Origin: Leptotrichia alba
GTDB taxonomy: Bacteria; Fusobacteriota; Fusobacteriia; Fusobacteriales; Leptotrichiaceae
NCBI RefSeq assembly: GCF_041199985.1
Contig: NZ_CP165647.1
Coordinates: forward strand, 606,864-670,863
DNA length: 64,000 bases
Reading direction: 5' to 3'
The first letter of the stretch is position 1. The number at the start of each line of letters is the position of its first letter. Shown here piece after piece: positions 1 through 9,460 of the stretch. The notes below the pieces were generated by a model, which had not been told where the DNA came from, did no database searches, and saw only the letters and a program-made list of their open reading frames with translations. Both the position numbers and the translations under genes were made by a program.

Positions 1-1443
1 TGCTAAAAGTCCACTTGTTCCTCCACCAGCACACAGTACAAGTACATTTGTTTCTTTTGTTATATTATTTTTAACGGCACCAGTTTTTTCAACACCAGCT
101 TTTTCAAGAATATTATCTGCTTTTTTAGTGTTGAAATTTGCGGCGACTTTTTCTTTTAATTCGTTATTTGTAGTTCCTAGACGTTCTTCTTCGAGAATTT
201 GTTTATCGTATACTTTTATAAATGGATAATAAATAATAAAGTCCACAACAATTAAAAGTGCCGCTAAAATAAACGATAATACCTGAAGATTGGTTCCCAG
301 TATTATTCCCAATGGTCCTGGAGTTGTCCATGGAAGATTAGCAGTAAAGCTGTTCATTCCAAGTACATCTATAAATATTTTAAAAATCCAAACATTTATT
401 ATTGGTGCAAAGATAAATGGTATAAAGAATACTGGATTTAATACAATTGGAGCACCAAATAAAATTGGTTCATTTACACCAAAGAATGTAGGTACAGCAG
501 AAGCACGTCCAATAGCTTTATTTCTCTTAGATTTACAAAGCCACATGAACATAAATGGTACAATTAAAGTAGCTCCAGTTCCTCCCATTGTAACTATAAA
601 CATTTGTGTTCCTGAAGTTAAAATTTTATCCGCATGCTGTCCAGCTCTCATAAGGTTTAAATTTGCATCTATATTAGCATAAGTAACAACTGCAATAGCT
701 GGTTCTACAATTGAAGGTCCATGAATTCCAACAAACCAGAAGAAAGCATAAGCTCCAAATATAATAGTAATTCCTACATATCCATCAGCTGCTGAAAATA
801 ACGGTCCAAAAAGTTTACCTACTGCTTCTGCAACTCCTGTTCCAATAAAGTGACGCACAAGAATCTCAAGAACATAAAGCAATACTATTGATAAAGTAAA
901 CGGTATTACATCTTTAAAAACTTGTGAAATATTAGGCGGAACTTCTGATGGCATTTTTATAGTTACTTCATTTTTTACACAAAATTTATAAATTGTTACA
1001 GTTATAAATGCTGCTAAAAATGCAGTTAAAAGTCCTTTTGTACCCAAGAATCCAGTTGAAATTCCATCTTTAGTTGGATCTGCCGCTAATAACAGCAATC
1101 CAACCATTGAGGCTAAAAGTGTAGAAAGATAATTAATTTGATTAGTTGCTGGCATAGAACGGTTTACAGAATCTGTTAATGATTTAGCCGTTGTTCCAGC
1201 TACTAAAAATGCTAAGATTCCCATAGAGTAACTATATGGTTTCATTAATAAAGCTTCTATATTTTTTGGCCAAAAAAATCCAAAAGCATTTGGAACATAA
1301 GCAATTAAGATAAAAATACTAGAAAATAGTATAACTGGCATACCAGCTATAAAACCATCACGAATTGCTCTTAAATATATATTCCGAGATAATTTCTCAA
1401 AAAAAGGCTTTCCTTTTTCTATAAATTCAATCAGTTTTTTCAT
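1..1443 (-). CDS. lacE: PTS lactose/cellobiose-family EIICB component (LacE-like); start codon at 1443..1441, C-terminus (EIIB motif [11 protein letters not shown]) runs past the window start
   Basis: Manual translation of the reverse strand gives [42 protein letters not shown]..., near-identical to the N-terminus of lactose-specific LacE. Many TM segments. Not in the ORF track because there is no stop within the window. Confidence 0.7.
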   Translation of the reverse strand, partial: MKKLIEFIEKGKPFFEKLSRNIYLRAIRDGFIAGMPVILFSSIFILIAYVPNAFGFFWPKNIEALLMKPYSYSMGILAFLVAGTTAKSLTDSVNRSMPATNQINYLSTLLASMVGLLLLAADPTKDGISTGFLGTKGLLTAFLAAFITVTIYKFCVKNEVTIKMPSEVPPNISQVFKDVIPFTLSIVLLYVLEILVRHFIGTGVAEAVGKLFGPLFSAADGYVGITIIFGAYAFFWFVGIHGPSIVEPAIAVVTYANIDANLNLMRAGQHADKILTSGTQMFIVTMGGTGATLIVPFMFMWLCKSKRNKAIGRASAVPTFFGVNEPILFGAPIVLNPVFFIPFIFAPIINVWIFKIFIDVLGMNSFTANLPWTTPGPLGIILGTNLQVLSFILAALLIVVDFIIYYPFIKVYDKQILEEERLGTTNNELKEKVAANFNTKKADNILEKAGVEKTGAVKNNITKETNVLVLCAGGGTSGLLA

Positions 1444-1758
1444 TTACTTTGCTCCTCTTTTATATAATTCTATTAAATGTTTCATTAATTCTTTCAATAA
1501 TATTGTTGTCATTAAATGATCTTGTCCGTGAATCATAATAAAACTCATTTCCAAATCTTCTCCAGCCGCTTCTTTAGCTAAAATATCTGTTTGTGAATTA
1601 TGAGCCAACCAAACATTCTCAGCCTCTTTTACTAAATTTTCCGCTTCTTCGAACTCTCCATTTTGTGCTTTATTTAACGCAATCATCAATTTAGATCTTG
1701 CATCCCCTGCATAAGCTACTATTTCAAATCCAATCATTGTAACATCTTCTTTAGTCAT
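1444..1758 (-). CDS. lacF: PTS EIIA, lactose/cellobiose family (LacF-like), 104 aa; true start [23 protein letters not shown], not the upstream extension in the ORF track
   Basis: Strong similarity to LacF/ChbA EIIA ([14 protein letters not shown] ... [21 protein letters not shown]). The upstream 24 codons of the ORF-track call lack homology. Confidence 0.75.
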   Translation of the reverse strand: MTKEDVTMIGFEIVAYAGDARSKLMIALNKAQNGEFEEAENLVKEAENVWLAHNSQTDILAKEAAGEDLEMSFIMIHGQDHLMTTILLKELMKHLIELYKRGAK

Positions 1759-1816
1759 AATTCTCTCCCTTAAAATACTGAAATTACAATACATCAAACT
1801 AGCTAAAAATAACCAA

Positions 1817-1829
1817 TGTTTAGTAAACA
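1817..1829. promoter_or_regulatory. 13-bp perfect palindrome TGTTTAgTAAACA in the lacF promoter region, candidate LacI-family operator
   Basis: Inverted repeat seen directly, between the lacF start and the LacI-family regulator gene. Confidence 0.3.
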
Positions 1830-1986
1830 AATTTTTTTTGTCTTGATTTTATATTTATTAAAAAAATTATTTTAAGTAAACAAAGATATTTTTTTTGACT
1901 TAAAATTTAATATTTTTTATTGTATTTTTTAAATAACTATTTTTTTCAAACTCCAAAATTATTTAAATTAATTTATGAATTAAAAA

Positions 1987-2009
1987 ATGAGGACACTTTT
2001 TGTCCTCAT
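1987..2009 (-). terminator. Rho-independent terminator of the LacI-family regulator gene (stem ATGAGGAC/GTCCTCAT, followed by a U-run on the minus strand)
   Basis: Perfect 8-bp stem with a 7-nt loop overlapping the stop codon; A-run on the plus strand becomes a U-run on the minus strand. Confidence 0.6.
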
Positions 2010-3010
2010 CAAATGCTTCCACAGCTTTCTCTTTCGATTAATTCCACAGGCAAATAAACTTTTTTCCTGTAACTTCTGTTATGCTCTAACAGTTCCACAA
2101 GTACATTTATTGTTTCTTGTGCAATAATTTTAGTATCTATTCTAAGTGTTGTTAAAGGAGATATCATATATTGAGAAATTTTTAAATTATTAAATCCGAT
2201 AATTGAAATATCGTCAAATACTTTTAAATTATGCTCTCTTATTGCTTTATAAGCACCCATTGCAATCGAATCATTTGCACAAAATATCGCAGTTGGCCTA
2301 TCTTCCAGTTTTAGTATTTCTTTCATCATTTCATATCCTGATTCAGGCGAAAATTCATCTACTTTTACAAATCTTTCATCATACAATTCAAGTTCCTTCA
2401 TAATTTCAATAAAATACTGCTCCCGAAAATCTACAAGATTTCTAACAATCTGATTTCTTCCCACTAACAGTCCAATTTTTTTATGTCCTAATTTCAGTAA
2501 ATAATCGATTACAATTTTTACTGAATGTTTCATATCAAATTTTATATAATCAATGGAATTATCAAAATTATAAGCATCCACACAAATAATGTTATCATTC
2601 AATGACTTTAAAAAATCCAACTGGCTTCTTTTTATTTCTCCAATCACAATAATTGCATTGCAAACAATAAAATTCATTAAAATTTCCTCATTTTTTTCAA
2701 ACATCTGCAACTCAAAAACTTTACTTTTTATCCCTTTTTTCTTTAATGCATACTCCAGATCCAGCCTTAAAGATACAAAATACGGATCCTCACTTTCAAT
2801 CTTTTCATCAAATGATTTTATAATTGAAACATTTAACTGTGTATTTTTTCTTTTCGTATTTTTTTTCTTGTAGTTTAACTTCTTAACCGCATCCAATACC
2901 TTCTGTTTTGTTTCCCTCGTTACACCAAAATATTCATCATTATTTAAAATTCTGGAAACAGTAGCAATAGAAACTCCCGCATACTTTGCAACATCTCTAA
3001 TTGTAGACAT
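2009..3010 (-). CDS. LacI-family transcriptional regulator
   Basis: N-terminal HTH MSTIRDVAKYAGVSIATVSRILNN typical of the LacI/GalR family, followed by a periplasmic-binding-like sugar-binding domain. Confidence 0.85.
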   Translation of the reverse strand: MSTIRDVAKYAGVSIATVSRILNNDEYFGVTRETKQKVLDAVKKLNYKKKNTKRKNTQLNVSIIKSFDEKIESEDPYFVSLRLDLEYALKKKGIKSKVFELQMFEKNEEILMNFIVCNAIIVIGEIKRSQLDFLKSLNDNIICVDAYNFDNSIDYIKFDMKHSVKIVIDYLLKLGHKKIGLLVGRNQIVRNLVDFREQYFIEIMKELELYDERFVKVDEFSPESGYEMMKEILKLEDRPTAIFCANDSIAMGAYKAIREHNLKVFDDISIIGFNNLKISQYMISPLTTLRIDTKIIAQETINVLVELLEHNRSYRKKVYLPVELIERESCGSI

Positions 3011-3384
3011 TTTTTTTCTCTCTTTGAAAACTTAAAATTTACTTTTTTATACTATACTTTTCTTAATGTTTGATTTGTTTTATGATATAATTTTTTAGTT
3101 TTTTTAGTAAAATTATAAAAATTTTTACTAAACTTTTTTTAACTGAAAACTTTTCAATTTTAGAAATCCTTTAATAATTTAATAAAAAAAATTTTATAAT
3201 AACTATAACTTAGTTTTTTTATTTTATTCCAAAATATTACTGAAAATTTTCCAAAAATATGATAAAATACTGACATAGTAAAATCAATGTAAAATCAAAC
3301 TTAAAAGTTTCAAAAAAACAGAAATTTGATTTTAAAGTTTTTGCTATAAAAATTCAAAATTATTTATTTTTAGGAGGAAAACAG

Positions 3385-4383
3385 ATGAAAAAAATTATGA
3401 GAGGTGTACTGTTATTTGGTATGTTAGGAGGAATGCTTTTGTCTTGTGGAAATAAAAAAAGTAATAATTCTCAAGACGGAAAAAAAGATTCTCAAGTTAG
3501 TGAAAAGGTTTATAAAATTGGATTGTCACAAATTGTGGATCATCCAGCGTTAAATGCAGCAAAACAAGGTTTTAAGGATGCTTTGGAAAAGGCTGGGATA
3601 AAGGCTGATTATGATGATAAAATTGCAAATAATGACATGAGTAATCAAACATTGATTATGCAGCAGTTTGCAGCAGATAAGAAAGATTTGGTATTTGCGG
3701 TTACGACACCGACAGCACAGGCGGCTAAAAATCAGGTTACAGGAGATATACCAGTTGTATTTGCATCAGTTACAGATCCAAAAAGTGCAGGACTTGAAGG
3801 AATTCCCAATGTTACAGGGACAAGCGGAGCGGCACCAGTAAACGAAAACTTGAAATTAATGAGAGAATTATTACCAGAAGCTAAAAAAATAGGAATAATT
3901 TATAATTCATCTGAACAAAATTCAGTTTCTGAAGTAAATAATTTGAAAAAACTCGCAGGACAATATGGATTTACAGTAGTTGAAAAAGCTGTTACAAACG
4001 GAACGGAAATGGTTGCAGCGGCAAACTTGATAGCAAAAGATATTGATATTTATTATGCTATTCAAGACAATACAGTGGCATCATACTTTGCAGCATTGCT
4101 TGATGTGTTTAATAAATCAAAAATCCCTGTTTTAGCCACAAATGACGTTTACTCAAATGCAGGAGGGCTAATTTCACAAGGAACTACAGATTACAATATC
4201 GGTTATCGTTCTGGAGAAATCGCAGCAGAAATTTTACTAAAAGGTAAAAAACCAAGTGAAATTCCAATAGAAACAGTTAAAAATCTGCAAATTGAAATTA
4301 ATAAGAAAAATATGGAATTATTGGGAATAAAAATACCAGATAGCATTTTAAAACAGGCTAAAATGGTAGAAACTAAAAAATAA
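3385..4383 (+). CDS. ABC transporter substrate-binding lipoprotein (ABC_sub_bind / COG2984-like)
   Basis: Signal peptide with lipobox LLSCG. RBS AGGAGG precedes the ATG. The mature domain resembles uncharacterised ABC-type periplasmic binding proteins. Confidence 0.7.
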   Translation: MKKIMRGVLLFGMLGGMLLSCGNKKSNNSQDGKKDSQVSEKVYKIGLSQIVDHPALNAAKQGFKDALEKAGIKADYDDKIANNDMSNQTLIMQQFAADKKDLVFAVTTPTAQAAKNQVTGDIPVVFASVTDPKSAGLEGIPNVTGTSGAAPVNENLKLMRELLPEAKKIGIIYNSSEQNSVSEVNNLKKLAGQYGFTVVEKAVTNGTEMVAAANLIAKDIDIYYAIQDNTVASYFAALLDVFNKSKIPVLATNDVYSNAGGLISQGTTDYNIGYRSGEIAAEILLKGKKPSEIPIETVKNLQIEINKKNMELLGIKIPDSILKQAKMVETKK

Positions 4384-4413
4384 TTAATAAATTTTATAAA
4401 TTTAAAGTAAATA

Positions 4414-4460
4414 AAAAACTGGAAATATTGTATTTAATACTAATAACTCCAGTTTTTTTA
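4414..4460. terminator. Bidirectional terminator-like hairpin between convergent genes (AACTGGA ... TCCAGTT, A-run before and T-run after)
   Basis: Inverted repeat with a large loop, flanked by A6 and T7 runs. Confidence 0.45.
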
Positions 4461-4463
4461 TAT

Positions 4464-4898
4464 CTATTCTTTTTCAAAACTATCAAGCCATTCGATAAGT
4501 TCCAAAAAATCTTCCACTTTTCTTATTTGCTGCAAATACCTGAAATCAATCATTGTTCCTGACTGTTTATGATAGAAAAATTCAGCATCCCACAATTCTG
4601 TCTTAATAAAATTTTCTTTTGGTGTATGTTTATAAAAATCATATTTTTCAATATTCGCTCTAAAATATTTCAATTTTGCAAAACAAAGCTGATATTTTCT
4701 AAAAACTATTTCTAAGATATTATTTCTTAAAATAAATTTATGTGAAAAATACAATCGTTCTGGTGTATTATTTCTTCTAGTTATCCATTGCCTTCTAGAA
4801 TTTATTTCCAAACTATATTTTTCAATAAATTTTATTTTTTCATCCGACAACTCAGCTTTTAACTTTTCTTCCAGTTTTATATTATCCATAAAAATCAC
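4464..4898 (-). CDS. hypothetical protein, 144 aa
   Basis: ORF of reasonable length with no recognisable motif. Confidence 0.4.
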   Translation of the reverse strand: MIFMDNIKLEEKLKAELSDEKIKFIEKYSLEINSRRQWITRRNNTPERLYFSHKFILRNNILEIVFRKYQLCFAKLKYFRANIEKYDFYKHTPKENFIKTELWDAEFFYHKQSGTMIDFRYLQQIRKVEDFLELIEWLDSFEKE

Positions 4899-4922
4899 AT
4901 CACTATTAATTTATATCAATAT

Positions 4923-6734
4923 TTAATTTTTAGAATTTTCATATTTTTTTCTTTCATTAGCATTCAAATATTTTTTTCTAAGTCTAATAAAGTTAGGCGT
5001 AATTTCCACTAATTCATCATTTTCAATATATTCAAGTGCCAATTCCAGTGTAAATTCCTTTGGAGGTGCCAATTTCACAGCATCATCACTTCCAGCAGCC
5101 CTCATATTTGTAAGTTTTTTACCTTTACATACATTTACAACTAAGTCGTTTTCTCTTGAATGTTCTCCAACTATCATTCCCTCGTAAACTTCTACTCCAG
5201 GCCCTATAAACAGAATTCCTCTTGGTTGCAAGTTATTCAGTGAATAACCTAGACTTGTTCCAGGCTCCATTGCGATTAAAACCCCTCTTCTTCGTCCAGT
5301 AACTTCTCCCTTGAAAGGTCCGTATTCAAAGAATGAATGATTTATAATTCCTGTTCCTCTTGTTTCTGTCAAAAATTCATTTCTAAATCCGATTAATCCA
5401 CGTGATGGCACTTTAAATTCAAGTCTTGTATAGCCGTCGCTTCCTTGATTCATATTTACCATCTCACCTTTTCTAAGTCCTAATTTTTCAATTACAACTC
5501 CTACAAACTCATCAGCAACATCGATAATTGCAAGTTCGATTGGTTCTAGTTTCTGTCCATTTTCTTCTTTAAAAATAACTTCAGGTTTTGAAACTGCCAC
5601 TTCGTAACCTTCTCTTCTCATATTTTCAAGCAAAATAGATAATTGAAGCTCTCCTCTTCCTTTTACAATAAATGCATCTGGCGAATCTGTCATTTCAAGC
5701 CTCATACTCACGTTATGATTTACTTCCTTTTGCAATCTTTCTAAAATATTTCTCGAAGTTACAAATTTTCCATCTTGCCCTGCAAATGGCGAATCATTTA
5801 CCATAAAAGTCATCGCAAGTGTTGGCTCATCAATATCAATTAATGGTAACGGTTTAGGATTTTCTTTATTTGCCACAGTTTCTCCTATGTCAATTTGTTC
5901 AATTCCCGCAATTGTTACAATATCTCCAGCAAACGCTACTTCCATTTCAACTTTTTTCAGACCATCATATCCATAAATTCTAGTAACTTTTCCATTTACC
6001 AGGTCACCATTTCTTTTAATCAATGTAATTTCCTGATTTTTTTCAATTTTTCCGTTATAAATTCTTCCAGTTCCTAATTTCCCTACATATTCATCATATT
6101 CCGTATTTGTAACAAGCATTTGAAGTGGCTCATTCACATCTCCTTCAGGATCTTCCACATGCTCCATAATTTTATCATAAAGCGGTTTCATATCTTTATC
6201 TTCATCTTCCAGTTCCAGTTTGGCATATCCATTTTTAGCCGATGCATAAACTACTGGAAAATCAAGCTGAATATCATTTGCCCCTAAATCCACAAATAAA
6301 TCAAATACAGAATCCACAACTGCATCGGGATCTGAATTTGGTCTGTCAATCTTATTAACTACCACAATTGGACGAAGTCCATGCTCCAATGCCTGTTTCA
6401 ATACATATTTAGTTTGCGGCATAACACCTTCAAATGCATCTACCAGAAGTAAAACAGAATCCACCATTTTCAAGATTCTCTGCACTTCCCCACCAAAATC
6501 CGCATGGCCAGGAGTATCCACAATATTTATCTTATAACCATCATAATGAAATGAAGCATTTTTAGAAAAAATCGTAATCCCTCTTTCTCTCTCCAAATCA
6601 TCGCTATCCATTATTCTTTCATCTACTTTTTCATGTTCCCCAAAGGTTCCTGCCTGCTTTAATAAAGCATCGACAAGAGTTGTTTTCCCGTGATCTACGT
6701 GTGCAATAATTGCAATATTCTTAATTTTGTTCAT
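4923..6734 (-). CDS. typA: translational GTPase TypA/BipA
   Basis: AHVDHGKTTLVDALL G1 motif, DTPGHADF G3 motif, full-length 603 aa with EF-G-like domain order. Confidence 0.95.
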   Translation of the reverse strand: MNKIKNIAIIAHVDHGKTTLVDALLKQAGTFGEHEKVDERIMDSDDLERERGITIFSKNASFHYDGYKINIVDTPGHADFGGEVQRILKMVDSVLLLVDAFEGVMPQTKYVLKQALEHGLRPIVVVNKIDRPNSDPDAVVDSVFDLFVDLGANDIQLDFPVVYASAKNGYAKLELEDEDKDMKPLYDKIMEHVEDPEGDVNEPLQMLVTNTEYDEYVGKLGTGRIYNGKIEKNQEITLIKRNGDLVNGKVTRIYGYDGLKKVEMEVAFAGDIVTIAGIEQIDIGETVANKENPKPLPLIDIDEPTLAMTFMVNDSPFAGQDGKFVTSRNILERLQKEVNHNVSMRLEMTDSPDAFIVKGRGELQLSILLENMRREGYEVAVSKPEVIFKEENGQKLEPIELAIIDVADEFVGVVIEKLGLRKGEMVNMNQGSDGYTRLEFKVPSRGLIGFRNEFLTETRGTGIINHSFFEYGPFKGEVTGRRRGVLIAMEPGTSLGYSLNNLQPRGILFIGPGVEVYEGMIVGEHSRENDLVVNVCKGKKLTNMRAAGSDDAVKLAPPKEFTLELALEYIENDELVEITPNFIRLRKKYLNANERKKYENSKN

Positions 6735-6831
6735 TTTTTATTTTAACAAATTCCTTGTTAATATTTCCTCCTTAAATTTAAAAGTTACTTATCCCCCCTA
6801 AGGGGCGAGGAGTAGAGGTGAAATTCATGTC

Positions 6832-6894
6832 CTATCTATTCAAGCTGTAATAAATAATTACAAAAAGAATAAATATCGCAATGAAATCTACCAT
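6832..6894 (-). CDS. candidate small hydrophobic peptide (20 aa, MVDFIAIFILFVIIYYSLNR) with a consensus SD (AAAGGAGG, 7-nt spacer)
   Basis: Read manually; strong RBS, single predicted TM helix. Lies 97 nt upstream of typA on the same strand. Too short for the ORF track. Confidence 0.25.
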   Translation of the reverse strand: MVDFIAIFILFVIIYYSLNR

Positions 6895-6921
6895 CTCACT
6901 ACCTCCTTTGTAGAACATTTT

Positions 6922-6942
6922 GTGAATTTTGCCGAAATTCAC
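6922..6942. promoter_or_regulatory. Palindrome GTGAATTTtgccgAAATTCAC (8-bp perfect arms, 5-bp spacer), candidate operator upstream of the small ORF and typA
   Basis: Inverted repeat seen directly, about 28 nt upstream of the small-ORF start. Confidence 0.3.
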
Positions 6943-6961
6943 CTAAACATTATAACAAAAA

Positions 6962-6981
6962 AGACTGGAAAAATCCAGTCT
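6962..6981 (-). terminator. Hairpin AGACTGGA-aaaa-TCCAGTCT with a U-run on the minus strand; insulates typA from read-through out of the IS element
   Basis: Perfect 8-bp stem; on the minus strand it is followed by TTTTTTGTT. Confidence 0.5.
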
Positions 6982-7078
6982 AATTTACGGCATATTTTTT
7001 TATATTCTACAAAGTTTTCCCCTTAAAGGTTTTTTACACATCTATTATAGCATATTTTATAAAAATGTCAATCCTTAA

Positions 7079-7088
7079 AATTTTTTTA
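7079..7088. repeat. 10-bp direct repeat AATTTTTTTA flanking the IS element (second copy at 8445..8454); candidate target-site duplication
   Basis: Identical 10-mers immediately outside both terminal inverted repeats. AT-rich low-complexity sequence, so chance is not excluded. Confidence 0.4.
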
Positions 7089-8444
7089 GACAGAGTAAAA
7101 AATATAGGGGCAGTCATTAAATACCACAACAAATCTTTTTTGACTGCTTTTTTTAAAATATTTTACTTTGTGATATTTCTTTCAAAACTTCCCTAATCGG
7201 ACATTCTCCTCCTCTCAAATATGGCATATTTGTGCTTTTTCCTGTTTCATTAACAATTTCTGGCAAGCATTCCATCTCTATTACCTTTTCTAGTGAACTC
7301 GTTCTTTTCCCGCTAAAGTACAATTCATACGCCTTTTCCCTGTCTTTTCCATAGTTTGCAAAGAAAGTGTGGTATAACGCTCTTGCCTTTATCTTTCTTC
7401 TTGAAAATGCTTTTGGCCTGCTTGATAGAAATCTTGAGCATTCGTGGGATACTAGGGCTTCCGTCCTTGAGCCTATGTAGTCCTCCTTGGTATATATTCT
7501 TCTTATCTTCTCATACTGGTTAAGCAGCATCTTCGTCTGGTCTTTTCTTCTCTGACTTACATTCTCCTTTTCCTTGAAATTTTCATAAAAGTTTTCAAGT
7601 TCTTTAAAATCGTCTCCCTTTAGCCATCTGTAAAGATTTTTTGATATTTCCTTATAGTTAAGTACATACTCCGACACTTTCTCAAGCGATACGGATGCAG
7701 GAAACATTATTGTGTTCTTGTCAATGAGTTTGTTCCTGTCTGTGCAGATTTTCTCAATTCCACGATGTATTACAGCCATCCTCATGTATGTATTTTTACT
7801 TCTTCTGCATTTCATATGGTCTTCATCAATCTCCATATATACTGGCGAACTGTCATCTCTTTCAAATCTTTCAATATCAAGTTTCGGCATTTGAAAAGAA
7901 TGGACAGGATTATACACGGCAGCCCTTGAAACACCGTAAGTTTTTGCAAGAAATGAAGTTGCAGCATGCTGATATTCAAAAAGTATAGTAAAAATCATCT
8001 TCTCAGAAAGCCGTCTATACCGCTTAAGTCCAATTTTTTCATCAATGTAATAGTGAATGCCTGTTTTTTTGTTTACATATTTTCGACGTTCAAAAGTTAC
8101 ATCTCCGAAGGCAGTAGTAACAGTTCTTTTAACAAATCCTTTGCTTTTAAACTTATCTTTTCTTTCATTGGAATGAAAGAAGTAATCATCAGCTCTTTTG
8201 ACATAAATTTTAAACAGCGTTTCAAAAGCTTTTGCGACAAACAGCTTAAACTGCTGCTCAAACGGAAGTCTGAAAGAAAAATATTTTTAAGAAAAGTCCT
8301 TACAAGTGAAGAAAAATTTGATATTCTAATCATAGAGGAACCACCTTTCAATAGGATTTGGCGATTATATTGTAACTGGTTTTCTCTTTTTTGTTAATTT
8401 GAAATTTAATTAAATTTATTTGCCCCTATATTTTTTACTCTGTC
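7089..8444 (-). mobile_element. ISLre2-family insertion sequence (1356 bp) with perfect 24-bp terminal inverted repeats (7089..7112 GACAGAGTAAAAAATATAGGGGCA; 8421..8444 reverse complement)
   Basis: Terminal inverted repeats verified by reverse-complementing. Internal ORF encodes an ISLre2/UPF0236-type transposase (FGDVTFERRKYVNKKTGIHYYIDEKIGL motif). Confidence 0.75.
7153..8351 (-). pseudogene. ISLre2-family transposase, reading frame broken once near 8270 in an A-rich run (N-terminal 84-codon ORF 8097..8351, then frame change to ORF 7153..7998)
   Basis: Manual translation: MIRISNFSSLVRTFLKNIFLSDFR in one frame, continuing LPFEQQFKLFVAKAFETLFKIYVKRADDYFFHSNERKDKFKSKGFVKRTVTTAFGDVTFERRKYVNKKTG... 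in another. Confidence 0.7.
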
Positions 8445-8530
8445 AATTTTTTTATTTTACAATTTCTTCTTTTTAATATAATTTGTAATATTCTTTCCAA
8501 ACATTTTTTTATATTTTTCAAAAAATTTTT

Positions 8531-9427
8531 TTAACGCTCTTTTTCTTTCCTATCCAGTTTTTTTAAAATCTTAATCTCTTTAATTCCATTTTTTCCATTT
8601 TTAATTTTATACTTTTCAAAATCTATAAAATCTGCTACTTCCTCATTCCAAAGTTCCAAAAATACCTTGCCTGAAACTTCACTAAACTGGATAAATTCAT
8701 TCTCAAAAACATAAATTTTTTCTTTACTTTTTACTTCCACGCAGCCCAAAAAATGCGTAAAGAAAGCTCCACAGTCAATATCCCAAATTTTATCAGTTTT
8801 TTCAGAAATTCTTCCATTTATATTAGGAGTATGCCCAAAATATATGTTTTTACTTCTATATTCTTCAAGCACACTTTCTTCATTTAACCAAAATTCATCC
8901 CTTGTCCAAAGTACAGTTTCTCTCTCCTGCTTCTCCAGCTTCGTCTGTAAATCAAGTCCCGCATGCACAAATATATTTTCATTCCCAGAAATCACTAACG
9001 GACAATTTTTTAGCCATTTTACAAGCCATTTTATTTCTTTAAAAAAATTTTCTTCACACCATTTCTCCATACTTTTTTTATTAAAATATTTAGAATTTCT
9101 ATAAATTGAAAATTCTGTTTCATATCTTAATGGATAATCATTTTCCAAATCCTCCAGCATCATGTCTTCATGATTTCCTAAAATAAACTTCACATTATAC
9201 CCAAGTTTTATCATTTTCATACATTTCATATAAATTTCATATGATTTTTCACCTCTATCACAAATATCCCCTGCAATTATCATCAAATCTTCTCTTTTCA
9301 AGGCAATTTCCTTAAGCATTTTCAAAAATAAATCATATTGCCCATGAATATCTGACATTACAAAAATTCGGTCATAATCATTTTCGTTTATTTTTTCTAT
9401 CTTAATTTTATTTTCCATAAAAATCAC
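8531..9427 (-). CDS. metallophosphoesterase (calcineurin-like Ser/Thr phosphatase / ApaH-like)
   Basis: Motifs MSDIHGQ, AGDICDRGE, GNHE typical of the PPP-family metallophosphoesterase fold. Confidence 0.8.
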   Translation of the reverse strand: MIFMENKIKIEKINENDYDRIFVMSDIHGQYDLFLKMLKEIALKREDLMIIAGDICDRGEKSYEIYMKCMKMIKLGYNVKFILGNHEDMMLEDLENDYPLRYETEFSIYRNSKYFNKKSMEKWCEENFFKEIKWLVKWLKNCPLVISGNENIFVHAGLDLQTKLEKQERETVLWTRDEFWLNEESVLEEYRSKNIYFGHTPNINGRISEKTDKIWDIDCGAFFTHFLGCVEVKSKEKIYVFENEFIQFSEVSGKVFLELWNEEVADFIDFEKYKIKNGKNGIKEIKILKKLDRKEKER

Positions 9428-9460
9428 TCATTTTCTGCAAATCTAGCAAAAATTATTTTT

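Noticed and set aside
290-682. 130-aa plus-strand ORF inside the lacE region
   Set aside because: Lies antisense within the well-supported LacE-like EIIC coding region. Low-complexity translation with no start context.
7712-8397. Three plus-strand ORFs (7712..7894, 7788..7988, 7966..8397) inside the IS element
   Set aside because: Antisense or alternate frames of the ISLre2 transposase gene. Hydrophobic/low-complexity translations typical of AT-rich antisense frames.
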